From Candidatus Gottesmanbacteria bacterium (lineage in GTDB: Bacteria; Patescibacteriota; Microgenomatia; UBA10105; UBA927): DNA of 64,000 nt. The stretch is from assembly GCA_016214885.1 (NCBI GenBank), contig JACRMP010000005.1, positions 6,725 to 70,724 of the forward strand, in the 5' to 3' direction. The notes beneath the pieces are model-generated. The model ran no database searches. It was not told the origin of the DNA and saw only the letters and a list, made by a program, of their open reading frames with translations. Positions 1 to 10,120 of the stretch are shown piece after piece. Made by a program: the position numbers and the translations under genes. Each line of letters begins with the position of its first letter. Within the stretch, counting starts at the first letter, position 1.

Positions 1-2629
1 CCAATGTTTTGTCCGGCAGTATATCCACCCGATCAATTTTTCCGCCCACTTTAATCGTTTTTCCCCCGTGTTCCACGGGTATAATAAACGGCTGTTCCAA
101 AGCAGCAATAACAGTTTTTGGGTTAAATTGGGTATTATAATAATCTGTTAAGTATTGCTCACCCCGTTTTTTCATTTCACTTTCGTACCGCTTGCTTTCA
201 TACCCTGCTTTTTGCCAACGCGCTTCCAGCAGAGCAAGCAACATATTATTAGTCACCTTCTCCCCTTTTGCATGTGCTTCATAAAAATCATGAAGTGCGT
301 TATGAATGCTGGTGCCAAACGACAGCGATGCCGACTGCGGGGTAGGGATATTTAATATATAGCGGAGCTTGTAATGCAAAGGACACAAACGGAATGTTTC
401 TATCTGAGAGTAGGATAAGTAGGTAACCGGGGCGTGCTGCATAGCTTTCTCTCTTACGGCTTTCGGCTCATCTTTTTTCCAATCCAGAAGCGACATCTGC
501 GTCGGCTGAAGAGCCGGTGCAATAATAGACTGCTCTCCGATAACCTCATATACAAACGGGGAAAGTTTCTTTTCCCGTTTGCCTTCACCGTAAAAATTAG
601 CGCCGGTAAGATACAAAAGATCCCTGGCACGCGTCATACCCACATAGCAAAGACGCCTCTCTTCCTGCAGATGATAATCGCCTTCAGGAAGATCTTCTTT
701 TATGAGGTCGTCCGGAATAGGAATGGTTTCGCGCCGCTCCGTAGTCGGAAACCTTGCCGAGACAAGATTAACCAAAAATACTATGGGAAATTCGAGTCCT
801 TTGGAACCGTGAACGGACAAAATATTTACGGCATTATTTGTTGTCCAGTCGGCATCGTTGGATAACGGCGACTCCCCCAACTCCATGGAAAGCTCTATCC
901 AGTCCAGCACCGCAGTAACCCCCGCGTCTGCATGATCTGTTTCATATGTTTTGAGTTTGCTGAAAAACTTGGCGATATTATTTGCTATCTTTTCATCAAC
1001 AGGCGCACTGTAATCCAAAATATTTTTCATCATGCCCGTGTCGCTTAAAAAATAGAAAAGGATCTGGCCTGCGCTTTCCGTCGTTACCATCCCTAGGTGC
1101 CGGTGGATCATGGCAACTATTTTTTGAATACCGGCAACAGTTTCCTCTGCTATAGCGGGCAAATTAATTCCTTCCAATATGCGTTCGCCTGCAACTATTT
1201 CGCTCGCCTCAAAAAGCGATAAATTCTGCTTTCGGGCAAAAATGGTTATCGCGGCAACATCGCGGGCAGATAGTCCGAAATACGCCATGGAATATATACG
1301 GAAGAGTGCTACATTATCCTCAAAATTATCTATAACCTGCAGGTAGGAAATAAGATCTTTTATTTCCGGCTGCCGGAATAATTGCCCCGGACCCAGGAAC
1401 TGGTAAGGGATTGAGTGGCGCATAAATGCGCGGGTAAATGGCTCAGCATGATTGTTCGCTCTCACCAATATCGCAACGTCACGCCATTCATATTTTTTAT
1501 CATTCTTGCCTGCTCCTACGAGACTTTTAATTTCTTTGGCCACCGCATCTGCCTCGTTTTCTACTCTATCGGCATACAGCAGTTTCGGCCAGACGCCGGC
1601 AACCTTACGGCCGGAAACCAATTTTTTGTTTATATGCTCCTTCACTTCTAACCTGTCCGGGTTGTTGTACTGGATAAGCTGATAACTGGCATCAAGCACC
1701 GCCTGAGTGGAACGGTAATTCTGACTTAACACAATAAGCTTTGCTTTGGAAAAATGCTTACGGAAGCTTAATACATTGGATACTGCAGCTCCCCGGAATT
1801 TATAAATACTCTGGTCGTCATCGCAGACCGCGGTTATGTTCTGCTTTTTCCCGGCAAGCATGGCCACCAGCTCATTTTGGGCAATATTTGTATCCTGATA
1901 CTCATCTACCAGAATATACTTAAACTGTTTTTGATAATACGCCAGAATATTTTTCCGCGACCGGAACAGCTCCAGCGTTCTGGTAATGAGATCCCCGAAA
2001 TCCATGAGACCTTCGCTTACTTTTATATCCTGATATTTCCTGTATGCTCCGGCAAGCTCCCGGTATTTGTCCGCCTCCATTTTTTCTTCTTCTGTTTTTG
2101 CTTTTTTAGCGTAACGCGCTGACCACGAGAGATACGCTTCTGGGGAAATATCTTCATCCTGCAGACGGGAAAAATGCTGCAACATGCCGCAGATAAATTT
2201 GGTCGGGTTCCCCAATGGCCTGAAGTAATTGAGGTCAAACGAAAACAGATGCCGCTTGAACACCATGGTGGCATCGGTATCGGTCATAAGCCGGTATGCC
2301 GGATTTAATCCGATATGAATTGCTTCCTGCCGGAGCAAACGGTCGCAAAATTTATGGAATGTGGATATCCACATACTCGTGTATCCGTACGGCATAATGA
2401 CATCCACACGCTCTTCCATTTCGCGGGCTGCTTTCTCGGTAAACGTGAGGGCGAGTATCTGTGAAGGAAGTGCGCTCCCCGAACTGATGAAGTGTTTAAT
2501 CCGCTCGGTGACTACTGTCGTTTTCCCGGTCCCCGCCCCCGCAATAATAAGTAGCGGGCCGTCGCCGAAATGAACAGCTTCTTTTTGCTCTGCATTAAGT
2601 TTCTTTTCATCGACCGGAGACTTGGTCAT
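1..2629 (-). CDS. uvrD: UvrD/PcrA-family ATP-dependent DNA helicase (start in window, C-terminus beyond the 5' edge)
   Basis: Reverse-strand translation from an ATG near 2629 gives MTKSPVDEKKLNAEQKEAVHFGDGPLLIIAGAGTGKTTVV (Walker A), followed by VDEYQDTN, HGSKGLEFPIVFL and YVGMTRAR motifs. The ORF track misses it because it runs off the window edge. Confidence 0.85.
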   Translation of the reverse strand, partial: MTKSPVDEKKLNAEQKEAVHFGDGPLLIIAGAGTGKTTVVTERIKHFISSGSALPSQILALTFTEKAAREMEERVDVIMPYGYTSMWISTFHKFCDRLLRQEAIHIGLNPAYRLMTDTDATMVFKRHLFSFDLNYFRPLGNPTKFICGMLQHFSRLQDEDISPEAYLSWSARYAKKAKTEEEKMEADKYRELAGAYRKYQDIKVSEGLMDFGDLITRTLELFRSRKNILAYYQKQFKYILVDEYQDTNIAQNELVAMLAGKKQNITAVCDDDQSIYKFRGAAVSNVLSFRKHFSKAKLIVLSQNYRSTQAVLDASYQLIQYNNPDRLEVKEHINKKLVSGRKVAGVWPKLLYADRVENEADAVAKEIKSLVGAGKNDKKYEWRDVAILVRANNHAEPFTRAFMRHSIPYQFLGPGQLFRQPEIKDLISYLQVIDNFEDNVALFRIYSMAYFGLSARDVAAITIFARKQNLSLFEASEIVAGERILEGINLPAIAEETVAGIQKIVAMIHRHLGMVTTESAGQILFYFLSDTGMMKNILDYSAPVDEKIANNIAKFFSKLKTYETDHADAGVTAVLDWIELSMELGESPLSNDADWTTNNAVNILSVHGSKGLEFPIVFLVNLVSARFPTTERRETIPIPDDLIKEDLPEGDYHLQEERRLCYVGMTRARDLLYLTGANFYGEGKREKKLSPFVYEVIGEQSIIAPALQPTQMSLLDWKKDEPKAVREKAMQHAPVTYLSYSQIETFRLCPLHYKLRYILNIPTPQSASLSFGTSIHNALHDFYEAHAKGEKVTNNMLLALLEARWQKAGYESKRYESEMKKRGEQYLTDYYNTQFNPKTVIAALEQPFIIPVEHGGKTIKVGGKIDRVDILPDKTL

Positions 2630-2680
2630 CGTGGGGTTATTATAGTCTTACCGGACAATCTTTTCGAGAAGTGCAGAATA

Positions 2681-3721
2681 TTATCCGGATATCGCTTTCT
2701 TTTCATCCTCTTCATGGAGCATCTGTGTCTGGGACAACTTCTGCCCCATCAGGGAAAATGATCCCGACACCGTATTCATGGAATTATATGCGTTATTTAT
2801 ATGCTTGCCCAACACGCCCAAATTTTCTTCTATCTTCCCGTAATCTTTTTGTATTGCCCGGAGCAACTGGAATATATGGCGCGACTTTTGCTCCAGATCT
2901 TTTCCCTGAAACGACAAAAGCAATACCTGTAAATGTGCATACAGTGTATTGGGAGAAACAGGATACACCCGGAGCTTCCGGGCATAATCCATAAGTTCTT
3001 CCATATTCGCCATTTCGTAATACACGCCCTCACTCGGAATATACATGAGAGCAAAATCCATGGTTCCCTCCTCCGGGAGAATATATTTCCTGCTGATATC
3101 GGCTACATGTTTTTTGACGTCAGCCACAAAATCTTTCTTCGCGGCATTGCGGAGCGCTTCTGTTTCGCCTTTATGCATTTTGGAAAAATTCTCCATGGGA
3201 AATTTGGAATCTACACACAGCAGTCCCGCATCGGTTTTCAGCACCGCATCCACTTTCATCCCGGATTTAAATGCATACTGTAAATGAAACGAATTTTTAG
3301 GGAACGTCTGCCCGATCATATCCTGCAGAACCTGCTCACCAATATTGCCCCTGAGCTTCGGAGACTGCAGAAATTCCTGAAGACTCCGAATACCTTTGCC
3401 CACCTCCGACATTTCCCCCAGATTCTGCTTAAGATCCCCGATGACACGGGCAGCCGTATCCAGCCGGTCATTTAACTGCTTAGTGTTTGTCTGGAGTAAT
3501 CTGCTTACGTCAGAGGTTTGCCCCCTCATGGCTTCGTTTAACGCCTTATTGGTATTTTCGATGGAAATCTGCATGGACTTAAGCCATTCAGTAAGGGCAG
3601 TATCATCACGTTTTTCTGAAAGCGTAACTATCTCCCTTTTGACAAGAAACAGCAGCACACCAAAACCCGATACAATGACAAAAATGAGGATAAAAAAGTC
3701 GGGAGTCATGCTGGCACCCAT
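2681..3721 (-). CDS. rmuC: DNA recombination protein RmuC
   Basis: N-terminal TM helix and coiled-coil, then a conserved RmuC C-terminal region (KTDAGLLCVDSKFPMENF...ILPEEGTMDFALMYIPSEGVYYE). The start was chosen at an internal Met (MGASM); the ORF-track start at 3778 is also possible. Confidence 0.75.
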   Translation of the reverse strand: MGASMTPDFFILIFVIVSGFGVLLFLVKREIVTLSEKRDDTALTEWLKSMQISIENTNKALNEAMRGQTSDVSRLLQTNTKQLNDRLDTAARVIGDLKQNLGEMSEVGKGIRSLQEFLQSPKLRGNIGEQVLQDMIGQTFPKNSFHLQYAFKSGMKVDAVLKTDAGLLCVDSKFPMENFSKMHKGETEALRNAAKKDFVADVKKHVADISRKYILPEEGTMDFALMYIPSEGVYYEMANMEELMDYARKLRVYPVSPNTLYAHLQVLLLSFQGKDLEQKSRHIFQLLRAIQKDYGKIEENLGVLGKHINNAYNSMNTVSGSFSLMGQKLSQTQMLHEEDEKKAISG

Positions 3722-3756
3722 TGTAGCACGCGTATTGCAACGTCTACAATTAATAT

Positions 3757-4074
3757 ATGGAAAGGCTGCGTAAAACAAGAAACCCGCTACTGCTATTTAT
3801 CGGTGTCACCGGGCTTATCACTCTCACTGCCTTCATAAATATAGTCCCCCCTGATTCCATTACCGCAATGCTTATATTTGCTTTCCTCTTTATAGCTACG
3901 CTCGTTCTTCTGGGGCTCTACACCATACGCTCCCTGCGGCACGTCCTCATACTGACATTTGGTATTACTCTCTACCTTATCCTCCGGTTTTTCGGTTTAC
4001 GCCATCCGTTATACGCAGTACTTCTTACGGCAAGTATTGCCGCACTTGAATTTCTCCTGAGAGATACCTCCTAA
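3757..4074 (+). CDS. small hypothetical membrane protein (3 predicted TM helices)
   Basis: 105-aa ORF with hydrophobic helices; a rho-independent terminator lies ~100 nt downstream. Confidence 0.4.
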   Translation: MERLRKTRNPLLLFIGVTGLITLTAFINIVPPDSITAMLIFAFLFIATLVLLGLYTIRSLRHVLILTFGITLYLILRFFGLRHPLYAVLLTASIAALEFLLRDTS

Positions 4075-4175
4075 TCTTGCACTACGGCATTTACGGTGGT
4101 ATAGTACCCTAAACTATGATCCAAACTGTATCCATGATGATGGCAAACACATCCGGCTGACGGAGGTTTGTCCAT

Positions 4176-4199
4176 GAGAATAAACAAACCCCGCCAGGC
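4176..4199 (+). terminator. rho-independent terminator (CCCCGC-CAG-GCGGGG + T6), preceded by an A-run, so possibly bidirectional
   Basis: GC-rich 6-bp stem, 3-nt loop and TTTTTT read directly in the sequence. Confidence 0.6.
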
Positions 4200-4316
4200 G
4201 GGGTTTTTTAATGGCTGTTAACGAAGGAATTCATATTCGTGAGTTTTACAGCAAATTATGGTTTGGCGCGAAGCGTCTAGACGCAAACCACACAAACCAT
4301 TGTGGACTGATAACAA

Positions 4317-4592
4317 ATGTATATGGAAAAAAAAGATTATATAATCGGACGGACCTATCGTTTACCAATAGACGACAGCACCCATGATGTGACCCTTATC
4401 AACATGGAAGGAGATAACGCACGGGTACTCATTCAAAATCATTCTATAGATATGTCGCTCCATGGATTTACCCCGAGGAAAAAAATGTATTCCCAAGCAG
4501 TACCGGTGCGGGTAGTGCCCCTTACAGCACTGCAGGAAATAGAAGAACCAAAAACCAAACGTGGATTAACTTGCTGGAGGAGGGTAAAATAA
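4317..4592 (+). CDS. hypothetical protein (91 aa), immediately upstream of metG
   Basis: ORF ends 4 nt before the metG start. No recognisable motif. Confidence 0.35.
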   Translation: MYMEKKDYIIGRTYRLPIDDSTHDVTLINMEGDNARVLIQNHSIDMSLHGFTPRKKMYSQAVPVRVVPLTALQEIEEPKTKRGLTCWRRVK

Positions 4593-4596
4593 GCCT

Positions 4597-6051
4597 ATGA
4601 ACAAAAAGTTCTATATCACCTGCGCTATTCCTTATGTCAATGCAGCTCCCCACATCGGACATGCACTGGAGTTTGTGCAGGGTGATGTTGTAGCCCGCTT
4701 CCACCGGCTATTGGGGGAAGAAACAATTCTGCTTTCAGGAGGCGATGAGAATGCTTTAAAAAACGTGCAGGCGGCAGAAAAGGCAGGCGTACCCGTCCAG
4801 CAATTCATTGACGAAAATAATGTTAAATTTCTGGAATTAACCAGGTCATTGGGCTGCCAATTCGACGTATGGCAAAAGGGCAGCGACACGGCACGCCACT
4901 TTCCCGCCAGCCAAAAATTGTGGAACCTCTGCGACAAAGCGGGAGATATCTACAAAAAATCCTACGAAGGCCTGTATTGTGTCGGTTGTGAGACATTCTA
5001 TGAGCCGGAAGAATTAAATGAACAGGGTGAATGCTTCGAGCACCCAGGCAAAAAACTGGAATCAGTGAAAGAAGAAAATTATTTTTTCCGCCTTTCTAAA
5101 TACCAATCAAAAATTATTGATCTCATCACATCGGGAAATCTCGCGATCACGCCGGAAACAAGAAAAAACGAAGTGTTGTCGTTTCTCAAGCAGCCGCTTC
5201 AGGACATAAGTATTTCCCGGAGCAACGAACGCGCCAAAAACTGGGGCGTCCCCGTGCCGAACGATGCAACCCAACGGATGTATGTGTGGTTTGATGCGCT
5301 CAACATTTACCAGTCGGGTATCGGCTTCGGGTGGGATGATGAAAAATACAAAAAATGGTGGCCTGCTGATGTCCATGTCATCGGCAAAGGGATAAGCCGC
5401 TTCCATGCGGTGTATTGGCCGGCATTTTTGCTTTCTGCAGGGCTCCCCACCCCCAGGGCGCTGTTTGTCCATGGATATTTTACGGTAAACGGTCAGAAGA
5501 TGAGTAAAACTTTAGGCAACGTCATAGACCCCAATGAGCTTATCGCTAAATACGGCAATGATCCACTCCGGTATTATTTCCTCCGCGAAATTCCGGCTAC
5601 CAGTGACGGGGATTTCTCGGAACGCAGGTTCAGAGAACTGTATAACGCCGAATTGGCAAACGGTCTGGGCAACTTTACCGCGAGAGTGGCAAAGCTTTGT
5701 GAACAATCAAAAATTACCGTTGCTTCTTATACATCCGATTTTCCTTCAGTCATACAGAAATATGAATTACTTCACAAACAATTAGCGCAATCACGATTTG
5801 ACGAATACATCAAGTCAATTCAGCTCTTCATCGCAGGATGGGATCAGTCTCTGGAAGAGAATAAACCCTGGCAATACAAAGATAATATTGAAGAAAATCT
5901 GCCGGGCTATTTATCGACACTCATTACAGCTGTCCGCGACACTGCCGAACTACTCCGTCCGATAATCCCCGAAACAGCTGAAAAAATTCTGGCGCAATAT
6001 TCCGGAGCATCAATCACGTCAGAAAAACCCATGTTTCCGCGCCTCCCGTAA
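4597..6051 (+). CDS. metG: methionyl-tRNA synthetase (short form, no C-terminal dimerisation domain)
   Basis: HIGH motif (PHIGHA), KMSKT motif and the class I anticodon-binding region. Confidence 0.95.
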   Translation: MNKKFYITCAIPYVNAAPHIGHALEFVQGDVVARFHRLLGEETILLSGGDENALKNVQAAEKAGVPVQQFIDENNVKFLELTRSLGCQFDVWQKGSDTARHFPASQKLWNLCDKAGDIYKKSYEGLYCVGCETFYEPEELNEQGECFEHPGKKLESVKEENYFFRLSKYQSKIIDLITSGNLAITPETRKNEVLSFLKQPLQDISISRSNERAKNWGVPVPNDATQRMYVWFDALNIYQSGIGFGWDDEKYKKWWPADVHVIGKGISRFHAVYWPAFLLSAGLPTPRALFVHGYFTVNGQKMSKTLGNVIDPNELIAKYGNDPLRYYFLREIPATSDGDFSERRFRELYNAELANGLGNFTARVAKLCEQSKITVASYTSDFPSVIQKYELLHKQLAQSRFDEYIKSIQLFIAGWDQSLEENKPWQYKDNIEENLPGYLSTLITAVRDTAELLRPIIPETAEKILAQYSGASITSEKPMFPRLP

Positions 6052-6053
6052 CT

Positions 6054-6833
6054 ATGTATATCGACACCCATGTACAGCTCAATTTTTCGGACTTTGATGA
6101 AGACAGGGTGACGGTTATCGCAAACGCCAAAAAAGCAGGAGTCAAACAATTCATAGTACCCGGCGTTGATCACAATTCCTGCCGCACGGCGCTCCATCTT
6201 GCTAAAGCACACCCGGGGGTTATATATGCTGCTGCGGGTTACCACCCCTACGAAGCTCCGAAAAATCCCGATCTTTCTTATATAGAGACACTGCTTAACG
6301 ATCCGGAAAACAAAGAATATATCGTGGCCGTCGGCGAATGCGGTTTGGATTACCACGAATACCGGGGCGAAGTGGCAGCCGGAAGAAAAGATGTTCAGGA
6401 ACGGTTATTCACTGATCAATTAACCATAGCAACAAAATTCGATTTGCCGGTGATCATTCATTGCCGCGAAGCATTTGATGACGTATTCACCATTCTCCAG
6501 AAACTTCCGGCAATACCACGGGGCGTTTTTCATTGTTTTTCCGGCAGCCAACAGGATCTGAGGATTGCTGTCGACATGGGATTTTTTATCGGTATTGACG
6601 GCAACGTAACGTATTCCAAACAACTTCCCATGGTAGTGCCGTTCATTCCCATTGATTCACTTGTCCTCGAAACAGATGCGCCATATTTAACTCCCGTCCC
6701 TCACCGGGGCAAACGCAACGAACCCAAATATATTCCGCTGGTTGCCGCAAAAGTCGCCGAGCTCCAGAAAAAACCCATAGACGAAATTATGACCGCAACA
6801 ACCGCAAACGCACAGCGGCTCTTTTCTGTGTAA
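6054..6833 (+). CDS. tatD: TatD-family metal-dependent deoxyribonuclease/hydrolase
   Basis: IDTHVQL N-terminus, GECGLDYH motif and HCR/FSG signature motifs of TatD. Confidence 0.9.
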   Translation: MYIDTHVQLNFSDFDEDRVTVIANAKKAGVKQFIVPGVDHNSCRTALHLAKAHPGVIYAAAGYHPYEAPKNPDLSYIETLLNDPENKEYIVAVGECGLDYHEYRGEVAAGRKDVQERLFTDQLTIATKFDLPVIIHCREAFDDVFTILQKLPAIPRGVFHCFSGSQQDLRIAVDMGFFIGIDGNVTYSKQLPMVVPFIPIDSLVLETDAPYLTPVPHRGKRNEPKYIPLVAAKVAELQKKPIDEIMTATTANAQRLFSV

Positions 6834-6904
6834 TTATCGTGGGGCGGTTAACAAGACCTGTTAGGCTCACCGGACCTCATCATGGTATAATTTAGCTTGA
6901 TCCT

Positions 6905-8386
6905 ATGCGCCGATTATTCGAACTCTACCCGAACAAAACCCAAAGGCTTTTGGAAATATCCATTCCGCTCACGTCCTGGTTTATCATCACCATGCCGTTA
7001 TGGCTTTCATTCTGGCATCCGGCACTGGTTGCTTACCTCATCATCACGTTCGACGTGTATTGGTTTTACAAATCCATAACGCTGGTAAATTTTGCGTTCC
7101 GGTCATTTATTACGTATACCGCACATGCCGCGGTAAACTGGCTGGCACAAGCGGAATCATTCCCGCATTTTAAGGATGTCTGGCACGTTATTATCATTCC
7201 CGAATTCCAGGAACCGGTGCACATTCTCAAGCGGACACTGGAAAATCTTGCACATCAGGACTTCCCCCGTGAGCGGATGATCATAGTACTGGCTACAGAA
7301 ACCAAAGATCCTAACGGCATTGCAACGGGTACCCTTCTTAAACAGGAATTCAGCAGTACGTTCGGACATTTCCTTATCACCCAACATACATTGGTTCCGG
7401 GCGAAATCGCCGGTAAATCATCCAACATGGCGTGGGCAGCAAAACAGGCGGATGCCTATATCAAACGCCACCGTATTCCGGTCGAATGGACAACCATAAC
7501 CTCCTGCGATGCTGATGCCCTCCCTCACCCTAAATACTTTTCCGCTCTTGCGTTCCAGTTTCTCACCGACACCAACCGCTTTGACCATCTGTATCAGGGA
7601 AGCATTATGTTTTACAGCAACATCTGGAGAATTCCGCTCCCCAACAGGTTCCTTAATACCTTAAACAGCATGTGGAATTTGGCGTTCCTTTCACAGGAAT
7701 CTAAGCTTATTAATTTTTCAACATACTCGCTCGCGTTTAAGACAGCCCGCGAAGTTGGGTTTTGGGCTGTCGATGTGATTCCAGAAGATTACCACATGTT
7801 CTTTTCCGTATTTTTTAAACGGGGTGAACACGTGGCTGTAAAGCCCATATTCCTCCCGGTTCTGGTCGACGCCGCAGAAAGTCACGGATTTTTCAGCACT
7901 TTCATCAACCAATATGAGCAATCGAAACGTTGGGCGTGGGGGGTAAGCGATATTCCCTATGTCATACGGCAATCATTTCTGCATCCGGAAATAAAACTTT
8001 CTGAGCGGTTCCGGCGGGTTTCCTCCTTACTAGAGCATCACATTCTGTGGCCTACTAACTGGTTTATCATAACCATAGGAAGCACGGTGCCGCCGCTTAT
8101 TAATCCCGTATTCGGCAGAACGGTTCTTGGTCACAATCTGGCTCAGATATCATCGGGGATCCTGACCTTGTCTACCATCTTTCTCATTATCGTATTCATT
8201 ATCGACTGGCGCATTAAGCCCCCGCCTCCCAAGGCATACCCCAAATGGAAACTTCCGCTGCTGTATCTTCAGTGGCTTACCCTGCCTATCATCTCGTTTT
8301 TTCTCTCGGCATTACCCGGGCTTGATGCCCACACCAGGCTCATGCTTGGTAAACGACTGGAATATCGTGTGACCGAGAAGATATAA
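6905..8386 (+). CDS. family 2 glycosyltransferase, processive type (cellulose/chitin-synthase-like), polytopic membrane protein
   Basis: DxD-like TSCDAD motif, QYEQSKRWAWG (QxxRW) motif and multiple TM helices at both ends. Confidence 0.7.
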   Translation: MRRLFELYPNKTQRLLEISIPLTSWFIITMPLWLSFWHPALVAYLIITFDVYWFYKSITLVNFAFRSFITYTAHAAVNWLAQAESFPHFKDVWHVIIIPEFQEPVHILKRTLENLAHQDFPRERMIIVLATETKDPNGIATGTLLKQEFSSTFGHFLITQHTLVPGEIAGKSSNMAWAAKQADAYIKRHRIPVEWTTITSCDADALPHPKYFSALAFQFLTDTNRFDHLYQGSIMFYSNIWRIPLPNRFLNTLNSMWNLAFLSQESKLINFSTYSLAFKTAREVGFWAVDVIPEDYHMFFSVFFKRGEHVAVKPIFLPVLVDAAESHGFFSTFINQYEQSKRWAWGVSDIPYVIRQSFLHPEIKLSERFRRVSSLLEHHILWPTNWFIITIGSTVPPLINPVFGRTVLGHNLAQISSGILTLSTIFLIIVFIIDWRIKPPPPKAYPKWKLPLLYLQWLTLPIISFFLSALPGLDAHTRLMLGKRLEYRVTEKI

Positions 8387-8396
8387 TGGAATTTGT

Positions 8397-9734
8397 ATGC
8401 TGAATTATCTGCTGGCACATACACCGCTCTTCTACTTTGTTCAGAGTTTGTGGAGGGATGAAGCGTTTTCCATCCTCGCTGCAAAAGAATCCCTCACTTT
8501 CATCGTCACCAAACTTGGATTTGAACCCCCTGTTTATTACACCCTCTTGCATTTCTGGATAAAAGTATTCGGCACAAGCGAACTTGCCGCCCGTAGCCTG
8601 TCGTTTATCGGATTGTTACTCGCCACCATAATCGTCATCGAATGGGCTGACCAAGTGTACAAAAAACACTGGCTTGCATGGTATGTACCTTTATTTTTCT
8701 TCCTCAATCCTATGCTTCTTTATTATGCGTTTGAGGTACGCACTTATGGATGGTTTATCTTCTTTGCTACCGCCACACTTTATACCTATGCCACCAATAG
8801 GTGGAGGTGGTTTTTTGTATCTGCACTGCTCGGTTTTTACACCCATGTGTATATGTTGCCGTATATAGCAGCGCTCGCCATCCATAGACTGTGGGCTCAC
8901 CGCACTCATGTTTTCAGAAATCCGAATAAAATCAGGTCATTTTTTGTTTTTCTGTTTACCGATCCTGGCATGAAATCAATCATGCTTTCCGTTATCTTTA
9001 TGATCCCGTGGCTCATAAAAATCGCCATGGAACTCCCCCGCATGAAATCCTCATGGTATTACCCGGTCGATATACAACTGGTTAAATCAGCACTTGGTAA
9101 TTTGTTTGTTGGCTACGAAGGAACCCCCTGGTATGGATGGAAATACACCAGATATCTTTCGATATTTATCGCAGCAGGATCCATATTTGCCCTCATGTAC
9201 AAAAAACTCCGTGAACATGCACAGCTCCTGGTTATTTTCGGGATGATCCCCCTCGCTGTTATCATCGGTATTTCGTTTATTAAACCGCTATATGTAAATA
9301 GATACCTCATCCCGACGACAATTGCCGAAATACTTCTGTTGGGCGCCGCCATTTCGGCTATTAAAAAACCGCTATTCCAAAAACTTACTGCTGCCGCCAT
9401 GCTGATAGGCGTGCTTTGGTTCAATTGGTGGTTCCCCCCGCAGCATCCAAAAACGCCGGTTAAGGAAACGTTTAACCAGATCCAAACGCTCATTAAACCG
9501 GGAGATATATACCTGGCTTCCGATGCACTTATATATCTTGAGACTTTGTACTATGCCAAAGAAGCATCCCGCGTATATCTGTATAACCCCAACAACCATG
9601 AATTTGCATGGTATATAGGGGATGCACTGTTTAACCCATCGCGCATGGTGCGGGACTATCCTATTTATCCCACGAGGGCATTCCTCATCCGGACCGACGG
9701 AACGTTTGAAGTAATCTACCGCATGCCGTTATGA
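8397..9734 (+). CDS. ArnT/PMT-like (GT39/GT83) polyprenyl-phosphate-sugar-dependent glycosyltransferase, membrane
   Basis: About 10 TM helices and a WRDEAFSILAAKE DE-motif in the first loop, as in ArnT/PMT enzymes. Confidence 0.55.
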   Translation: MLNYLLAHTPLFYFVQSLWRDEAFSILAAKESLTFIVTKLGFEPPVYYTLLHFWIKVFGTSELAARSLSFIGLLLATIIVIEWADQVYKKHWLAWYVPLFFFLNPMLLYYAFEVRTYGWFIFFATATLYTYATNRWRWFFVSALLGFYTHVYMLPYIAALAIHRLWAHRTHVFRNPNKIRSFFVFLFTDPGMKSIMLSVIFMIPWLIKIAMELPRMKSSWYYPVDIQLVKSALGNLFVGYEGTPWYGWKYTRYLSIFIAAGSIFALMYKKLREHAQLLVIFGMIPLAVIIGISFIKPLYVNRYLIPTTIAEILLLGAAISAIKKPLFQKLTAAAMLIGVLWFNWWFPPQHPKTPVKETFNQIQTLIKPGDIYLASDALIYLETLYYAKEASRVYLYNPNNHEFAWYIGDALFNPSRMVRDYPIYPTRAFLIRTDGTFEVIYRMPL

Positions 9735-10120
9735 AATTTACCCTTCCCATACAAAAAGCCGACAATCTTCTTGCCGGGCTTCGATACGAGGGAGCCACAT
9801 GGGAAAGTAGACTGGCTAAAATCGCGGTGGTCACCCAGGCAGTTAGCGGCGGAATAGTGCTTGCGTGGAACTGGCGCCTCCTTCCTCCGGAAATCCCGCT
9901 TTGGTACTCGAAGCCCTGGGGAGAAGAACGGCTTGTTTCTCCTTTTTTTCTTGCAATACCTATTCTTACCGCGTTTGCCGTATACGCGGTAAACCACTCA
10001 ATGGTGACAAGGACAGCGCGTGATCACCCGATGTTCGCCCGCGTGTTGTCGCTTTCTTCGCTGCTTATTTCGATTCTTAGCGCTATTATCGTTATCAGGA
10101 TTGTTACGCTGATAAGCTAA
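9731..10120 (+). CDS. small hypothetical membrane protein (129 aa)
   Basis: Start overlaps the upstream stop. Hydrophobic C-terminal helices. Confidence 0.4.
   Translation: MKFTLPIQKADNLLAGLRYEGATWESRLAKIAVVTQAVSGGIVLAWNWRLLPPEIPLWYSKPWGEERLVSPFFLAIPILTAFAVYAVNHSMVTRTARDHPMFARVLSLSSLLISILSAIIVIRIVTLIS

Noticed and set aside
2023-3054. Numerous 60-120-aa ORFs on the opposite strand within uvrD and rmuC (for example 2023..2274, 2830..3054, 2933..3283)
   Set aside because: They are embedded antisense or out-of-frame within long, motif-supported genes. They show no RBS or conserved features.
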